From Herpetosiphon aurantiacus DSM 785 (lineage in GTDB: Bacteria; Chloroflexota; Chloroflexia; Chloroflexales; Herpetosiphonaceae), in the NCBI GenBank assembly GCA_000018565.1, contig CP000875.1, positions 441,199 through 505,198 on the forward strand: 64,000 nucleotides of DNA, given 5' to 3'. A program made the position numbers and the translations under genes. The stretch's first letter is position 1; each line of letters opens with the position of its first letter. The notes beneath the pieces were generated by a model. It was not told the DNA's origin, ran no database searches, and saw nothing but the letters and a program-made list of their open reading frames with translations. Of the stretch, positions 1 through 9,976 are shown in pieces.

Positions 1-585
1 ACGACCATCGACCCAAACAGGTTGGGCAGTACATGACGCAACAAAATCGCCAGCGGTTTTACGCCAATTGCCTGCGCACCTTCGATGTACGGCATTGCTA
101 ATTCTTTGAGAATCAAGGCGCGATACATGCGGGCATACCACGTCCAGTTGGTCAAAATCAGCGCCAACAATAAATTGCTAAACGAACGCGACAGGATTGC
201 GCTCAAGGCGAGGGCTAGTAACACTGGTGGAATTGCTTGGAAGGTTTCGGTAATCCGACTCAGCAAATAATCGAGCCAACGCGGCCCCACGGCACAGCAT
301 GCCCCCAATACTAAGCCCAAACAGCTTGTGCCAATGCAGACGAAGCCTGCTCCAAACAACGACCAACGCCCGCCAATCAACATTCGGGCGAGCACATCAC
401 GGCCAAATTGATCGCTGCCAAGGGGATGGCTCAACGATGGCGGGGCTAAACGCTGCCCAATATTCTGCGCCAGCGGATCAACCTGCCAGAGCCATGGGCC
501 AACGATCACCGCTATCAGCATAAACAACAATCCGCCAGCGGCAAATTTGCCGCTGCGGCTTAGTTGTGGCTTGGCACGTTGCTCG
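1..585 (-). CDS. ABC transporter permease, DppC/OppC-like. Partial: C-terminus lies beyond the window start.
   Basis: Manual reverse-strand translation of about 100-260 gives RWLDYLLSRITETFQAIPPVLLALALSAILSRSFSNLLLALILTNWTWYA, the conserved OppC/DppC core. It lies directly downstream of a DppB-like gene on the same strand. Confidence 0.7.
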
Positions 586-591
586 GGCTGC

Positions 592-1542
592 TCAATTATT
601 GGCGTTTTGGCGGAGCCGTGGGTCAAGCGCTGCCATGCCGAGGTCAGCGCACCAGTTAGCGATAACATAAATTCCCCCTGCGATCAAGACTGACAAGCCC
701 AAAACTGGCATATCGCCGACCAAGGCTGCCTCAACCGCCATCCGCCCAACCCCAGGATAGGCAAATACTGTTTCAATAATTACCGTGCCAGTTAGCAAAA
801 AGGCCAATTCTAGGCTGATTGGGGTGATCAAACTGGCCGCAATGTTGGGAAGCGCATGCCCAAAGAGCAAACCATATTCGGAGCGCCCTTTGGCTCGAGC
901 CGTCACGATATACTGTTGATTTAGCACGTCGAGGGTGGTTGCGCGTACCAAACGTGAGGTTAGCGCTATATTCGGCAAGGCTAAAACGATGGCTGGCAGC
1001 AGCATGCCTTTAAATGTGGCGCTGCCGAGGGCTGGTAACCAACGCAATTTGGCCGCAAACACCAAAATCAACACCAGCGCAATCCAAAAGCCAGGAATTG
1101 CCGCGCCAATCACGGCCAAAAATTGCGCCGCATGATCCAACAAACTATGGCGCTTGATCGCGCTGATCAATCCCAAAGGAATGGCAATGCTCAGCGAAAC
1201 TGTTAGCACCAAGCCCGCCATCAGTAAGGTGGCGGGCAACCGTTCGCGATACATCGACCAAACTGGTTTGCCCGAACGATAGCTGACCCCAAAATCGCCC
1301 TGCACCACCGCGCCAAGCCAGCTGACATATTGGCTGAGCAGCGGACGATCAAGCCCTAGCTCACGTCGTTTGGCTGCAACAGCTTCGGCGGGTGGTGCAT
1401 CAAGGCCGCTGGCGCTCAACAACATTCGCGCTGGATCACCTGGAGCCATATGGATGATCAGAAATGCCAGCATGCTGACCATCCATAAGACCATTAGCCC
1501 ACTGAGCAAGCGCCCCGCAGATTGCCGCAATAGCGTGCTCAT
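592..1542 (-). CDS. ABC transporter permease, DppB/OppB-like
   Basis: 316 aa polytopic protein. The N-terminus MLAFLIIHMAPGDPARMLL is typical of OppB/DppB. Its start overlaps the upstream binding-protein gene by 4 bp. Confidence 0.85.
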   Translation of the reverse strand: MSTLLRQSAGRLLSGLMVLWMVSMLAFLIIHMAPGDPARMLLSASGLDAPPAEAVAAKRRELGLDRPLLSQYVSWLGAVVQGDFGVSYRSGKPVWSMYRERLPATLLMAGLVLTVSLSIAIPLGLISAIKRHSLLDHAAQFLAVIGAAIPGFWIALVLILVFAAKLRWLPALGSATFKGMLLPAIVLALPNIALTSRLVRATTLDVLNQQYIVTARAKGRSEYGLLFGHALPNIAASLITPISLELAFLLTGTVIIETVFAYPGVGRMAVEAALVGDMPVLGLSVLIAGGIYVIANWCADLGMAALDPRLRQNANN

Positions 1543-3068
1543 TGATTGAGTTTCAATTCCTTGGTAATCAAATAGACATCGTTGGGATTGGGCACATAGC
1601 CACTGATGCTGCCCTTGCGATAGGCGCTGATCAGTGGTGGACTGGCCAAATAAAGATTGGTTGGATCGTTTTTGACTTCGGTTTGAATCCGTTTGGCAAT
1701 CGCAATGCGTTTGATTGGGTCTTGCTCAGCGCGGAGTTCAGCGAAGGCGCTTTCAATTGCTGGATTCTTATAGCCAGCATAATTGTAGGCTGCGTCTTCA
1801 ACCAAGGTGATGCCGACTGTATATTGGGGGTCGCCCGAGGTGCCAATCGAATACATGCTGGCTTGGAAATTGCCTTTTTCCAGCACTTCGCCAATATCAG
1901 CAACTTCGTTGACTTCAACTTTGATGCCCAAGGTTTGGAGTTGAGCTTGAATCGCAATTGCCATCAAGGTTAATTCGGCGCGGCCAGGGTAGCTATGCAA
2001 CGTAAAGGCCAGCGGCTGACCATCTTTGCTGCGCATACCATCGCTGCCCACCACCCAACCCGCTTGATCAAGCAAACTCGCCGCTTGGGCTGGGTCAAAA
2101 ATTTGGGCCTCAACTAGTTCAATTCCGACTGTTGCAGGATAAAGATTGGTAGCAACTGCGCCTTGTCCATCAAGCGTTGCTTGCAACAAGGCTTGACGCT
2201 CAATCGCGAGGGCCATGGCTTGGCGCACCAAGCGATCATCAAATGGTGGATGGGCACTATCCAACATAACATAATGCATGCGAGTGCCAGCCACACTCTG
2301 AATCTCAATATCGGCGGGCAATCCACGGGCAATATCGGGCGAAACATTGGTCAGGAGATCCAAATCGCCGCTTTGTAAGGCCAAGGCACGGGCGTTAGCA
2401 TCGGGAATTTTCTTGACGCTGATTTTTTGCAGCCCTGCCTGACCATCCCAATAATTAGCAAAGCGTTCGAGTACCAACTCTTGATCTTTTTCAAGGCTGA
2501 TTGGCTGATACATGCCCGTCAAAATCGAAATGCCATTGACCGCAGGTTTATGAATAACGAAATTCCAATTGGCCAGGCTGTAGGGAATGCTGCCCTCGGC
2601 TTGGCTGGTGGTTAACGTCAGGGTGTAATCATCAACTACATTAACGTTGGTATCGGCAGGAATGAAATTTTTGGCTCCACTGAGGTTTTGCCAACTGCTA
2701 TTGAATGAATTAAGCACATCGCTGGCCTTGAGTTCGCTGCCATCGTGAAAGCGAATGCCTTGGCGCAACTTGATTTGCCAAGTCGTTGGATCAAGCGCGG
2801 TAACGTTTTCAGCTAACCATGGTTCAAGCTGATTGCTGGGCGTAAAACGCATCAAGGTTTCGCCAGCGCCGTAGGTTAGCATATTGTAGCCATTCGAACC
2901 TTGGGCTACATCGAGGCTGGTTGGCAAATTGATGCCTGTGCCGATGCGTAATTCTCCATTTGGATCGCTGGTTGAAGTCGTTGCTTGAGGTGTTTCGCTG
3001 GCTGTGCCACATGCCACCAGCATTTGTATCATGAGAATCAGCCCTAAAAGCTGAGTTAAACGCCGCAT
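1539..3068 (-). CDS. ABC transporter substrate-binding lipoprotein, family 5 (peptide/nickel)
   Basis: 509 aa with an N-terminal signal peptide carrying the lipobox LVAC-G. The size and sequence character match SBP_bac_5, and it sits in an operon with DppB/C-like permeases. Confidence 0.85.
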   Translation of the reverse strand: MRRLTQLLGLILMIQMLVACGTASETPQATTSTSDPNGELRIGTGINLPTSLDVAQGSNGYNMLTYGAGETLMRFTPSNQLEPWLAENVTALDPTTWQIKLRQGIRFHDGSELKASDVLNSFNSSWQNLSGAKNFIPADTNVNVVDDYTLTLTTSQAEGSIPYSLANWNFVIHKPAVNGISILTGMYQPISLEKDQELVLERFANYWDGQAGLQKISVKKIPDANARALALQSGDLDLLTNVSPDIARGLPADIEIQSVAGTRMHYVMLDSAHPPFDDRLVRQAMALAIERQALLQATLDGQGAVATNLYPATVGIELVEAQIFDPAQAASLLDQAGWVVGSDGMRSKDGQPLAFTLHSYPGRAELTLMAIAIQAQLQTLGIKVEVNEVADIGEVLEKGNFQASMYSIGTSGDPQYTVGITLVEDAAYNYAGYKNPAIESAFAELRAEQDPIKRIAIAKRIQTEVKNDPTNLYLASPPLISAYRKGSISGYVPNPNDVYLITKELKLNQ

Positions 3069-3143
3069 TGCTAGACCTTTCTATCTAATTATTGATATCA
3101 AGTATCAACAAAGCGGCAATTGTAGACGGCTGATCGCTGTTTG

Positions 3144-3902
3144 TCAAATAATTGTCGAGCCACCCCAGAGCTTGATCAGCTGTTGATGATAGCGTTTGAG
3201 CAAGGCTTGCAACCGTTTTGGGGCATAGCGTTGCAAGCGAAATAGCCAGCGATCACTGGCACTCAGCACAATTTCGGTTTCGCCCGCCAAATAGCGCTGG
3301 ATAATCTGTTCGCCAACTTTATTGGCCTCAGCGAGTGGGAAGCGTTGGCCAGTTTGTTGGGCCATGGCTGTGGTCATGGCGGTTTTGGTGGCTGGGGGGT
3401 AGACCCGCACAATCTTGATCGTGGTTTCGGCTGTCAGTGCCAAGCCCCAAGCCTCAAGCGCAGCTTTGCTCAGGCTATACAAGCTGGCTCCAGGCATGGC
3501 CACGCGGCTAACCGTGCTGCCAACAATCAATACTGTTTTAGGCAGTAGTTGTCGGGTGAGCCAAATTGGGTGCAGCAAATTGGCATTGAGGGTTGCAAGG
3601 ATGGCTGATTCTGGTAGCTGATCAAACGCACCGCCCGCTAGCACTGCCGCATTGTGAATCAATAGATCGAGCTGAACATAACGTTGGGTGATTTGAGCAG
3701 CGAGGGCGGCAACCGCTTCATGATCGCTCAAATCACAGACGATCGGCCAAGCTTGACCACCAAGTTGGGTAACCAAGCTGGCCGTTTGCAGCAGTGGTTC
3801 GCGGCGGCGACCAACTAAAATAATGGTTGCGCCACGTTTGGCCAAGGCCAAGGCCATGGCCTGACCAATGCCCGTGCCTGCCCCAGTAATCAACCCAACC
3901 AT
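3144..3902 (-). CDS. SDR-family oxidoreductase
   Basis: 252 aa with the Rossmann glycine motif TGAGTGIG at the N-terminus, typical of short-chain dehydrogenases. Confidence 0.8.
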   Translation of the reverse strand: MVGLITGAGTGIGQAMALALAKRGATIILVGRRREPLLQTASLVTQLGGQAWPIVCDLSDHEAVAALAAQITQRYVQLDLLIHNAAVLAGGAFDQLPESAILATLNANLLHPIWLTRQLLPKTVLIVGSTVSRVAMPGASLYSLSKAALEAWGLALTAETTIKIVRVYPPATKTAMTTAMAQQTGQRFPLAEANKVGEQIIQRYLAGETEIVLSASDRWLFRLQRYAPKRLQALLKRYHQQLIKLWGGSTII

Positions 3903-3915
3903 CGCGATTTCCTAG

Positions 3916-4902
3916 TTAGTAAATCAACGCCACAGCACCCAAGGTAATTCCAGCGCCAGAGCCAAGCAGCACCAAGCGGTTGCCACGCTGAATTCGGCCA
4001 GCCGCAACCGCTTCAGCCAAGGCTAAGGGCACGGATACCGAAACGCAATTGCCTCGGGTAGCGAGATTGCTAATTACTTGATCGGGCTGAAAGCCCAAGC
4101 GTGCTTGCACTTGCTCGATCGCATGGCGGTTGGCTTGATGGGGAATAACTGCATCAATTTCACTATTTTGCCAACCTAGCTCAGCCAAAAATCGTTCAAC
4201 AAACTGCTGCATTTCGCGCAAGACAAAGCGAAACGCCAACGGCCCCTGCATCATAAACCAATTCATGTCGGGCGTGGTATCTGCCGCGTTGGGATGCTGG
4301 GCCGTGCCGCCGCCGCGCACCTGAATCAAATCGCTGCCATTGCTCCAGGTGGCAAATTGGCTATGTTGCAGGCTGCTGCTGCCATCGCCGCGCTCCAACA
4401 CGACTGCCGCTGCTGCATCGCCAAATAGCGCTGTCGATTCCCATTCATGTGGATTGAGCGAAACTGAAGCCCGTTCGCTGCTGACTAACAGCACTCGTTG
4501 ATACACGCCACTATTAATTAATGGCGCTAACAATTGCAATGCCAGCATAAAACTCATACAGGTTGCATTCAAATCGAAGCAGGCGCTACGGCCCACTGGT
4601 GCTTGCAAGGCGTTTTGCAATAAGGCCGCCGTGCATGGGATGGCTTGATGCATTCCAGCCGAAGCCACCACGATTAAATCGATGCTATCAAGCGCATAAT
4701 TGGCGTTGGCTAGTGCTTGCTGGGCGGCTTGGGTGGCCATGGTCAAGGCAGTTTCAGCTCCAGCGTAACGGCGCTCACGAATGCCCGTGATTCGCTCAAT
4801 TAAGCCTGGATCAACGCCAAAGCGCTCGGCTAGCTCGCTGGTGGTAACAATGGTGGCTGGTAAGTACGCGCCGATTCCGGCGATGCGCAGAGGAAACTGC
4901 AT
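3916..4902 (-). CDS. 3-oxoacyl-ACP synthase III family (FabH / OleA-like condensing enzyme)
   Basis: 328 aa. The N-terminal region RIAGIGAYLP...SELAERFGVD...ITGIRERRY and active-site-Cys context SACFDLNATC match the KAS III thiolase fold. Confidence 0.8.
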   Translation of the reverse strand: MQFPLRIAGIGAYLPATIVTTSELAERFGVDPGLIERITGIRERRYAGAETALTMATQAAQQALANANYALDSIDLIVVASAGMHQAIPCTAALLQNALQAPVGRSACFDLNATCMSFMLALQLLAPLINSGVYQRVLLVSSERASVSLNPHEWESTALFGDAAAAVVLERGDGSSSLQHSQFATWSNGSDLIQVRGGGTAQHPNAADTTPDMNWFMMQGPLAFRFVLREMQQFVERFLAELGWQNSEIDAVIPHQANRHAIEQVQARLGFQPDQVISNLATRGNCVSVSVPLALAEAVAAGRIQRGNRLVLLGSGAGITLGAVALIY

Positions 4903-4921
4903 AACACTACCTCGTGTAATT

Positions 4922-6175
4922 TCAAAATCGTTGTTTTAACCAAGCTATGGCCTTGGTTACGCCTTGCTCTTGGGCTAATTGGGTCGCAAGTTGTTGCGCC
5001 GCCGCCTGATAATCATCGCGCTCAATCAAGCTACACAGCAGAGTAGCGAGCTGTGCAACTTGCAATTGGTTGGCTGGCACAGGCGCTGGCCCCGCTTTGA
5101 GATCATACACCCGCTGGCCCCAAAAATATTGGTCGCCCAAAAATGGTGTGACCAAGGCGGGCTTGCCTGCACCTAAGGCTGTAGCGGTTACGCCCGCCCC
5201 GCCATGATGCACAACTGCCGCTACCCGCTCAAATAACCAAGCATACGCTAGGCCATTGATCGCTAAACAGTTGGCTGGCAACTTGCCCTGAGCTAAATCG
5301 CCCCAGCCTTGGTTGATGATCATGCGTACTTTGGCTTTTTGGCTGGCGGTAATTAGCAATTGGCTTAATTGATTGCCGCGCTTTTGACCATGCAACATGC
5401 TGCCAAAACTAATGGTGATTGGCGCTGGGCCTGCTGCCAGAAATTGCTGTAATGCCGTTGGTGCTTGCCAATCTGCCGCTGGGGGCAGTGACCAATAGCC
5501 AGTGATCGCGCCATCGTCAAACCAAGTTGCTGGCGGCGGAGCAACCAACGCGCTATAGGCATACAAGGTTGGTGGCTGAAAATTGCGACTCCGTTGCCAA
5601 AGCTGGCCAATGCTTAGGCTTGGGCGTTGCAAAATCTGCTGCCGTGCTTGATTGAAGGCCATGCGCAAGACTTGCCATTGCAATTGCTCGGCCACGCGAT
5701 AGCTCATGCGGCGATAACTGGCCCAAGCCAGTTGCGGCGCAAAATGATGGGCGGTTTGGCTGCTAGCAGCATAAGGGTGCAGGTGTACCAACACTACGGG
5801 AATGTGCAAATGCTCGGCTAGATGCAGCGCAGGCCACATCCCCAAACTGGAAACGATCAAACAATCGGCAGTTTGGCAGGCCGCTAGTGCATCAGCGATT
5901 AATTGACGAATAATCGGTGGTGTTTGTTGAAGAAATTGTTTGATGATTGCGCTGCGACCTGCTGCCAAGCCCGCCGCCATTTGTTCAGGGTTGAGCAAGG
6001 CCGAAATTGAGCCAACCAACGGGGCAAAACGGCAGCCATAGCTTTCAACCAAGCTACGATAATCATGAGCTGCGGCGATAACGACCTGATGACCCTCAGT
6101 TTGCAACCCAAGCGCCAAGGCGATAAACGGCTGCACATCGCCGCGCGAACCAAGCGCCAAGATACAATAGTTCAT
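4922..6175 (-). CDS. GT1-family glycosyltransferase (UDP-glycosyltransferase/MGT-like)
   Basis: 417 aa. The N-terminus LGSRGDVQPFIALALGL and C-terminal HHGGAGVTATALGAGKP...GDQ match the GT-B GT1 donor-binding signature. Confidence 0.8.
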   Translation of the reverse strand: MNYCILALGSRGDVQPFIALALGLQTEGHQVVIAAAHDYRSLVESYGCRFAPLVGSISALLNPEQMAAGLAAGRSAIIKQFLQQTPPIIRQLIADALAACQTADCLIVSSLGMWPALHLAEHLHIPVVLVHLHPYAASSQTAHHFAPQLAWASYRRMSYRVAEQLQWQVLRMAFNQARQQILQRPSLSIGQLWQRSRNFQPPTLYAYSALVAPPPATWFDDGAITGYWSLPPAADWQAPTALQQFLAAGPAPITISFGSMLHGQKRGNQLSQLLITASQKAKVRMIINQGWGDLAQGKLPANCLAINGLAYAWLFERVAAVVHHGGAGVTATALGAGKPALVTPFLGDQYFWGQRVYDLKAGPAPVPANQLQVAQLATLLCSLIERDDYQAAAQQLATQLAQEQGVTKAIAWLKQRF

Positions 6176-7449
6176 TGGCGAATTACCCGACGACGTTTAT
6201 TGACCAAGCCATACTCGATTGGCGCAAAACCAATGCTCAGTTGGCAATTCGTACAACCATAATCCGCCAGATGCAGTTTAATTTGCTGCTCAACTGCTGC
6301 TCCAACCGTCGCCGTATCAGCCGCCGTCGCCAGCATCAAGGTGATCGTAAGTTGATCGTCGTGGGTTTGGGTGATTTGATATTCTTGGATGGCCGAATGC
6401 GCCAAGAGTATAGCGCGGCGCAAACTATCAGGAAAAATCGCTTGGCGCTGGCCGTGGCAGGTAAAATAACAGAGATCATCACGCCGCCCCTCGATTTGCT
6501 CAATCACCGCAAAGGCGCTGCCACAGCGACACGGCTGCGCACTCAACCGCAACACATCATTTAAACGATAGCGAATAATCGGCTGAGTGCGTCGCCATAA
6601 ATCGGTGATATACGGCGTAACGCGGCCTTGCCCTAAATCCTCAAAATCAACCGCCACAATATCTTCTTGGAGGTGCAAATTGCCGTGAGCGCACGAAATA
6701 CCCAGTAAACCTTCGGTTGCTTGGTAGATTTGCTCAATTGGAATGCCAAAGTAGTTGCTGAGTTGTTGCTGTTCGTCGCTAGCCAAGGCATCGGCGACAC
6801 TAATAATTCGTTCAGGCCGATGAGTCAATTGGCCGTTTTGGGCCGCTGCTAGCAATTGCAGCAACAAGGCTGGTGGAGCTACGATAATCGTCGGTCGATA
6901 GTCGTTGAGCACTTGAATGTGGCCTGCTAAGGCTTGGGTCAAGTCGAAATAGCGAAATTGAATCAGCCGCCCGCCCAGCTGTTGATAGAGATTGCTGTTG
7001 GCGCGTAAAAAAAAGGCGATTTTGGTGGGCTTGATTTGGTGTAACGTGCGACCTAAAATCGTGCCCGCCCACAGCAATTGCTCGGCGGCACTCACCAAAA
7101 ATAAGCCGCGATGCCCCGATGTGCCCGACGAAAGCCCGACCGTCAGATTGCCCAAACGTGGCACAAAATCACGTTGTTGCTCGGCTTGTTGGGCCAAATC
7201 GAAGGCCGCTGCGGTTGGCACTTGCAAGGTGTTGAATTCACGAAAATTGGCCATCATCAAGCCTTTATCGACGGCTGGCAAATTGCGCCAATCATTAAGG
7301 TCATGGCCCTGCCAATGCTGGCGATAGAAGGCTGAATGTTGGGCAACCCAAGCAATCAATTGGCGTGCTTTGGTAGCTTGAAAGGCTGGTAAGCGCTCGG
7401 CATTCAGCCGTTGCCACCGCCAACGTGCCTGCCCAAAATGGTAGCCCAT
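6172..7449 (-). CDS. Adenylate-forming enzyme, F390-synthetase/PaaK-like (ANL superfamily)
   Basis: The ORF track extends the start to 7656, but that would overlap the upstream gene. Met70 at 7449 lies 21 bp after the upstream stop. The sequence has the SSGTSG P-loop-like motif and matches the coenzyme F390 synthetase-like family. Confidence 0.6.
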   Translation of the reverse strand: MGYHFGQARWRWQRLNAERLPAFQATKARQLIAWVAQHSAFYRQHWQGHDLNDWRNLPAVDKGLMMANFREFNTLQVPTAAAFDLAQQAEQQRDFVPRLGNLTVGLSSGTSGHRGLFLVSAAEQLLWAGTILGRTLHQIKPTKIAFFLRANSNLYQQLGGRLIQFRYFDLTQALAGHIQVLNDYRPTIIVAPPALLLQLLAAAQNGQLTHRPERIISVADALASDEQQQLSNYFGIPIEQIYQATEGLLGISCAHGNLHLQEDIVAVDFEDLGQGRVTPYITDLWRRTQPIIRYRLNDVLRLSAQPCRCGSAFAVIEQIEGRRDDLCYFTCHGQRQAIFPDSLRRAILLAHSAIQEYQITQTHDDQLTITLMLATAADTATVGAAVEQQIKLHLADYGCTNCQLSIGFAPIEYGLVNKRRRVIRQ

Positions 7450-7469
7450 AGTCAACACATCGCTGATGC

Positions 7470-8285
7470 TCACGCCGTCGCAACCTCGTTGGCATAGATT
7501 TCTGGGCAATGGCAGGGCACAATCAACACCTCGGGGTAGGCTTGGGCGAAGGCGCTCAAACGGGCCAACGTTGTGGCCATGGCCTTGGCATCGTCGATCA
7601 TAAAATAGATGATTGGGTGGGGCAGCACTTGCCCGCGAATTGCCCGCGAATGCCAAGCGCCATCTGCTGCCAACAAGATTGGGCGCGAATTGGCGATATA
7701 CATACCGATTTGGCCTCGTGCATGGCCAGGCAATTCGACCAGCCGTAACAAGCCATCGCCAAATAAATCGTGGGTGTTGCCCAAAGCAAATAGTGGTTGG
7801 TCGCGAAATTCATGAATTAAATGCAGCCGTTGATGCCAACCTTGGGGAAACAAATGGGGAATAATCCCCCGTCGCAAGGCGTTAATCCCTTGAACTTGGC
7901 TGACCAATTCAAACGCCGTGGCTGACATGTAAATTTGGGCTTGCGGAAAATCGGCCAAAGCGGCTACATGGTCGGCGTGAGCATGCGAAAGCACAATCCA
8001 ACCAATATCTGCTGCGCTCAAGCCATACTGTGGTAATTGATTGACTACTTCTAATTCAGGCGATAATTGCAAGGGCGTGGCCTGGCGATAGAGCGACCAC
8101 GGCAACTGTTGGGTTGCGCTGATCATCGCTTGGCTATACCCGACATCAAACAAGCCCCAGCCATGTTTGGGATGCTCAATCAAGGCCACAAGCGCATGGC
8201 AATCGAGCATGCGGCGACTGCCATCGCGTAGCACATGAAATTCGGGCACGCGGCAAATTCCAGTATCCAGCAATCTGACTTGCAT
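7470..8285 (-). CDS. MBL-fold metallo-hydrolase
   Basis: 271 aa containing the HxHxDH motif LSHAHADHVAAL. Confidence 0.8.
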   Translation of the reverse strand: MQVRLLDTGICRVPEFHVLRDGSRRMLDCHALVALIEHPKHGWGLFDVGYSQAMISATQQLPWSLYRQATPLQLSPELEVVNQLPQYGLSAADIGWIVLSHAHADHVAALADFPQAQIYMSATAFELVSQVQGINALRRGIIPHLFPQGWHQRLHLIHEFRDQPLFALGNTHDLFGDGLLRLVELPGHARGQIGMYIANSRPILLAADGAWHSRAIRGQVLPHPIIYFMIDDAKAMATTLARLSAFAQAYPEVLIVPCHCPEIYANEVATA

Positions 8286-8288
8286 TAG

Positions 8289-9269
8289 TTAAACCCCCTT
8301 GGTTGGTTGTTTAAGCGCGGCGATGGTGCGTTGAATCCCCGTTTCAAGGCTGATCAATGGCTGATAACCCAAATCGTGTTGGGCTGCAACCAAGGAGTGA
8401 GTTTGGCTGCGGGCCAGCGCCAAGACGCTATAACGCGTTAGTAATGGCTCACGCCGTGTTAGCAAGCTGATACTTTCCATGATTCGTGCCACGGCTAAGG
8501 CTAGCGACAAGGGCATTGGCCGCAACTGGCTAGGCAAACCCAACTCAGCCAGTACCCGCCGAATCACCGCCCAGAGCTGGGGATGTTCGCCATTGGTGAT
8601 TGTATAACACTTGCCAAGCGCTGCTGGAGCCGTTAACGCCAACTCAATTGCATGCACTACATTGGCAACATAGGTCAAATCAACCAAATTTTGTCCGTTG
8701 CCAAATTGACGTAAGCGGCCAGCGCGGGCTGCGGCGATAATTCGTGGCAACAAGGCTTGGTCGCCCTCGCCAAAAATTGCCTTAGGCCGCAAAATCACGC
8801 TGGGCGTGGAATGCTTGAGCACCAATTGTTCTGCTTGCTGTTTGCTGGCCGAATACAGCGAAATAGGCCGCGCTGGATAGGGCATTGTATCGAGCAAATC
8901 AAACTGATCGCGGCCATTGGAAAGAACGCTTGGTGATGAAATAAACACCAAGCGTCCGACCTTCTGTGCAGCACAACCAGCTAGTACATTGGCTGTACCA
9001 TCAACGTTAATGGTTTGAAAATCGCTGCGACTGCCCCAAGGAGCCGAAAGTGCCGCGCTATGCACTACCACATCGCAACTAGCACAGGCCGCAATCAACG
9101 TAGCGCGATCGCGCAGATCGGCCTTGATTGGCTGAATGCCAGCGGCTAGTAGTTGTGGAACATGCTCCCAGCGGCGGCCCAAACCCAGCACCGTATGCCC
9201 AGCTTTTTGCAGAGCCAACGCGGTGTGCGCACCCAAAAAACCAGTAGCGCCTGTGACTAAGATTTGCAT
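8289..9269 (-). CDS. NAD-dependent epimerase/dehydratase family (3beta-HSD/OleD-like extended SDR)
   Basis: 326 aa with the N-terminal ILVTGATGFLGAH Rossmann motif. Confidence 0.8.
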   Translation of the reverse strand: MQILVTGATGFLGAHTALALQKAGHTVLGLGRRWEHVPQLLAAGIQPIKADLRDRATLIAACASCDVVVHSAALSAPWGSRSDFQTINVDGTANVLAGCAAQKVGRLVFISSPSVLSNGRDQFDLLDTMPYPARPISLYSASKQQAEQLVLKHSTPSVILRPKAIFGEGDQALLPRIIAAARAGRLRQFGNGQNLVDLTYVANVVHAIELALTAPAALGKCYTITNGEHPQLWAVIRRVLAELGLPSQLRPMPLSLALAVARIMESISLLTRREPLLTRYSVLALARSQTHSLVAAQHDLGYQPLISLETGIQRTIAALKQPTKGV

Positions 9270-9275
9270 TCTAGC

Positions 9276-9896
9276 CTACGTTCCAAATTGGCGGTCGCCA
9301 GCATCGCCCAAGCCTGGCACGATATAGCCTTGCTCGTTCAATCGCTCGTCAAGCGCCGCCAAATGAATCTCCACGTCGGGGTGAGCAGTTTGCAAGCGTT
9401 CTACCCCTTCAGGTGCGGCGATTAACCCCAAGAATTTAATTTTAGCTGCGCCCCAAGCCTTCAAAATATCGACCGCAGCAACAGCCGAGCCGCCAGTTGC
9501 CAACATGGGGTCGAGAATCAAACAGACATCAATATCTGGCTGAGCTGGCAATTTGTTGTAATAGGTGACTGGCTCAAGCGTGTTGTGGTCGCGATAGAGA
9601 CCCAAATGCCATACATGGGCGGTTGGCAAAAGGTCGATAACTGGCTCGACCATGCCCAAGCCAGCGCGTAAAATCGGAATCAAGCCGATGCGAGCACCGA
9701 TGGCATGACCTTGCATGGTTGAGAGCGGTGTTTGAATTGTATAGGGCGCGAGTGGCATATCTGCCGTTGCTTCATAGACCAAAAATTGCGAAATTTCCCG
9801 CACCAATTCGCGAAATTTCTTTGGTTCGCTTTCTACCCGGCGTAGTAAAGCCAATTTATGTAATACCAATGGATGTGACGATACATGCAAGCCCAT
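9276..9896 (-). CDS. upp: Uracil phosphoribosyltransferase
   Basis: 206 aa with full-length similarity to UPRTase, including the PRPP-binding loop DPMLATGGS and C-terminal [15 protein letters not shown]. Confidence 0.9.
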   Translation of the reverse strand: MGLHVSSHPLVLHKLALLRRVESEPKKFRELVREISQFLVYEATADMPLAPYTIQTPLSTMQGHAIGARIGLIPILRAGLGMVEPVIDLLPTAHVWHLGLYRDHNTLEPVTYYNKLPAQPDIDVCLILDPMLATGGSAVAAVDILKAWGAAKIKFLGLIAAPEGVERLQTAHPDVEIHLAALDERLNEQGYIVPGLGDAGDRQFGT

Positions 9897-9946
9897 AACA
9901 CAACCTCATACTAAAAAACAGCAGATCGTGGTTATTGTATCCCATC

Positions 9947-9976
9947 TTGACAAACCCCTCTTAGGCGTGGTTAAAT
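9947..9976 (+). promoter_or_regulatory. Candidate sigma70-like promoter (TTGACA-N18-TTAAAT) upstream of the DUF4388 gene, implying a roughly 280-nt leader
   Basis: TTGACA at 9947-9952 and TTAAAT at 9971-9976. A second TTGACA lies at 10193-10198. Confidence 0.3.

Noticed and set aside
1542-1973. 143-aa + strand ORF
   Set aside because: It is antisense to the substrate-binding protein gene, with no RBS and no homology features.
7450-7656. N-terminal extension of the adenylating-enzyme ORF (track start 7656)
   Set aside because: It would overlap the upstream MBL gene by about 190 bp in a different frame. The in-frame Met at 7449 gives a normal intergenic gap and a protein of the expected family length.
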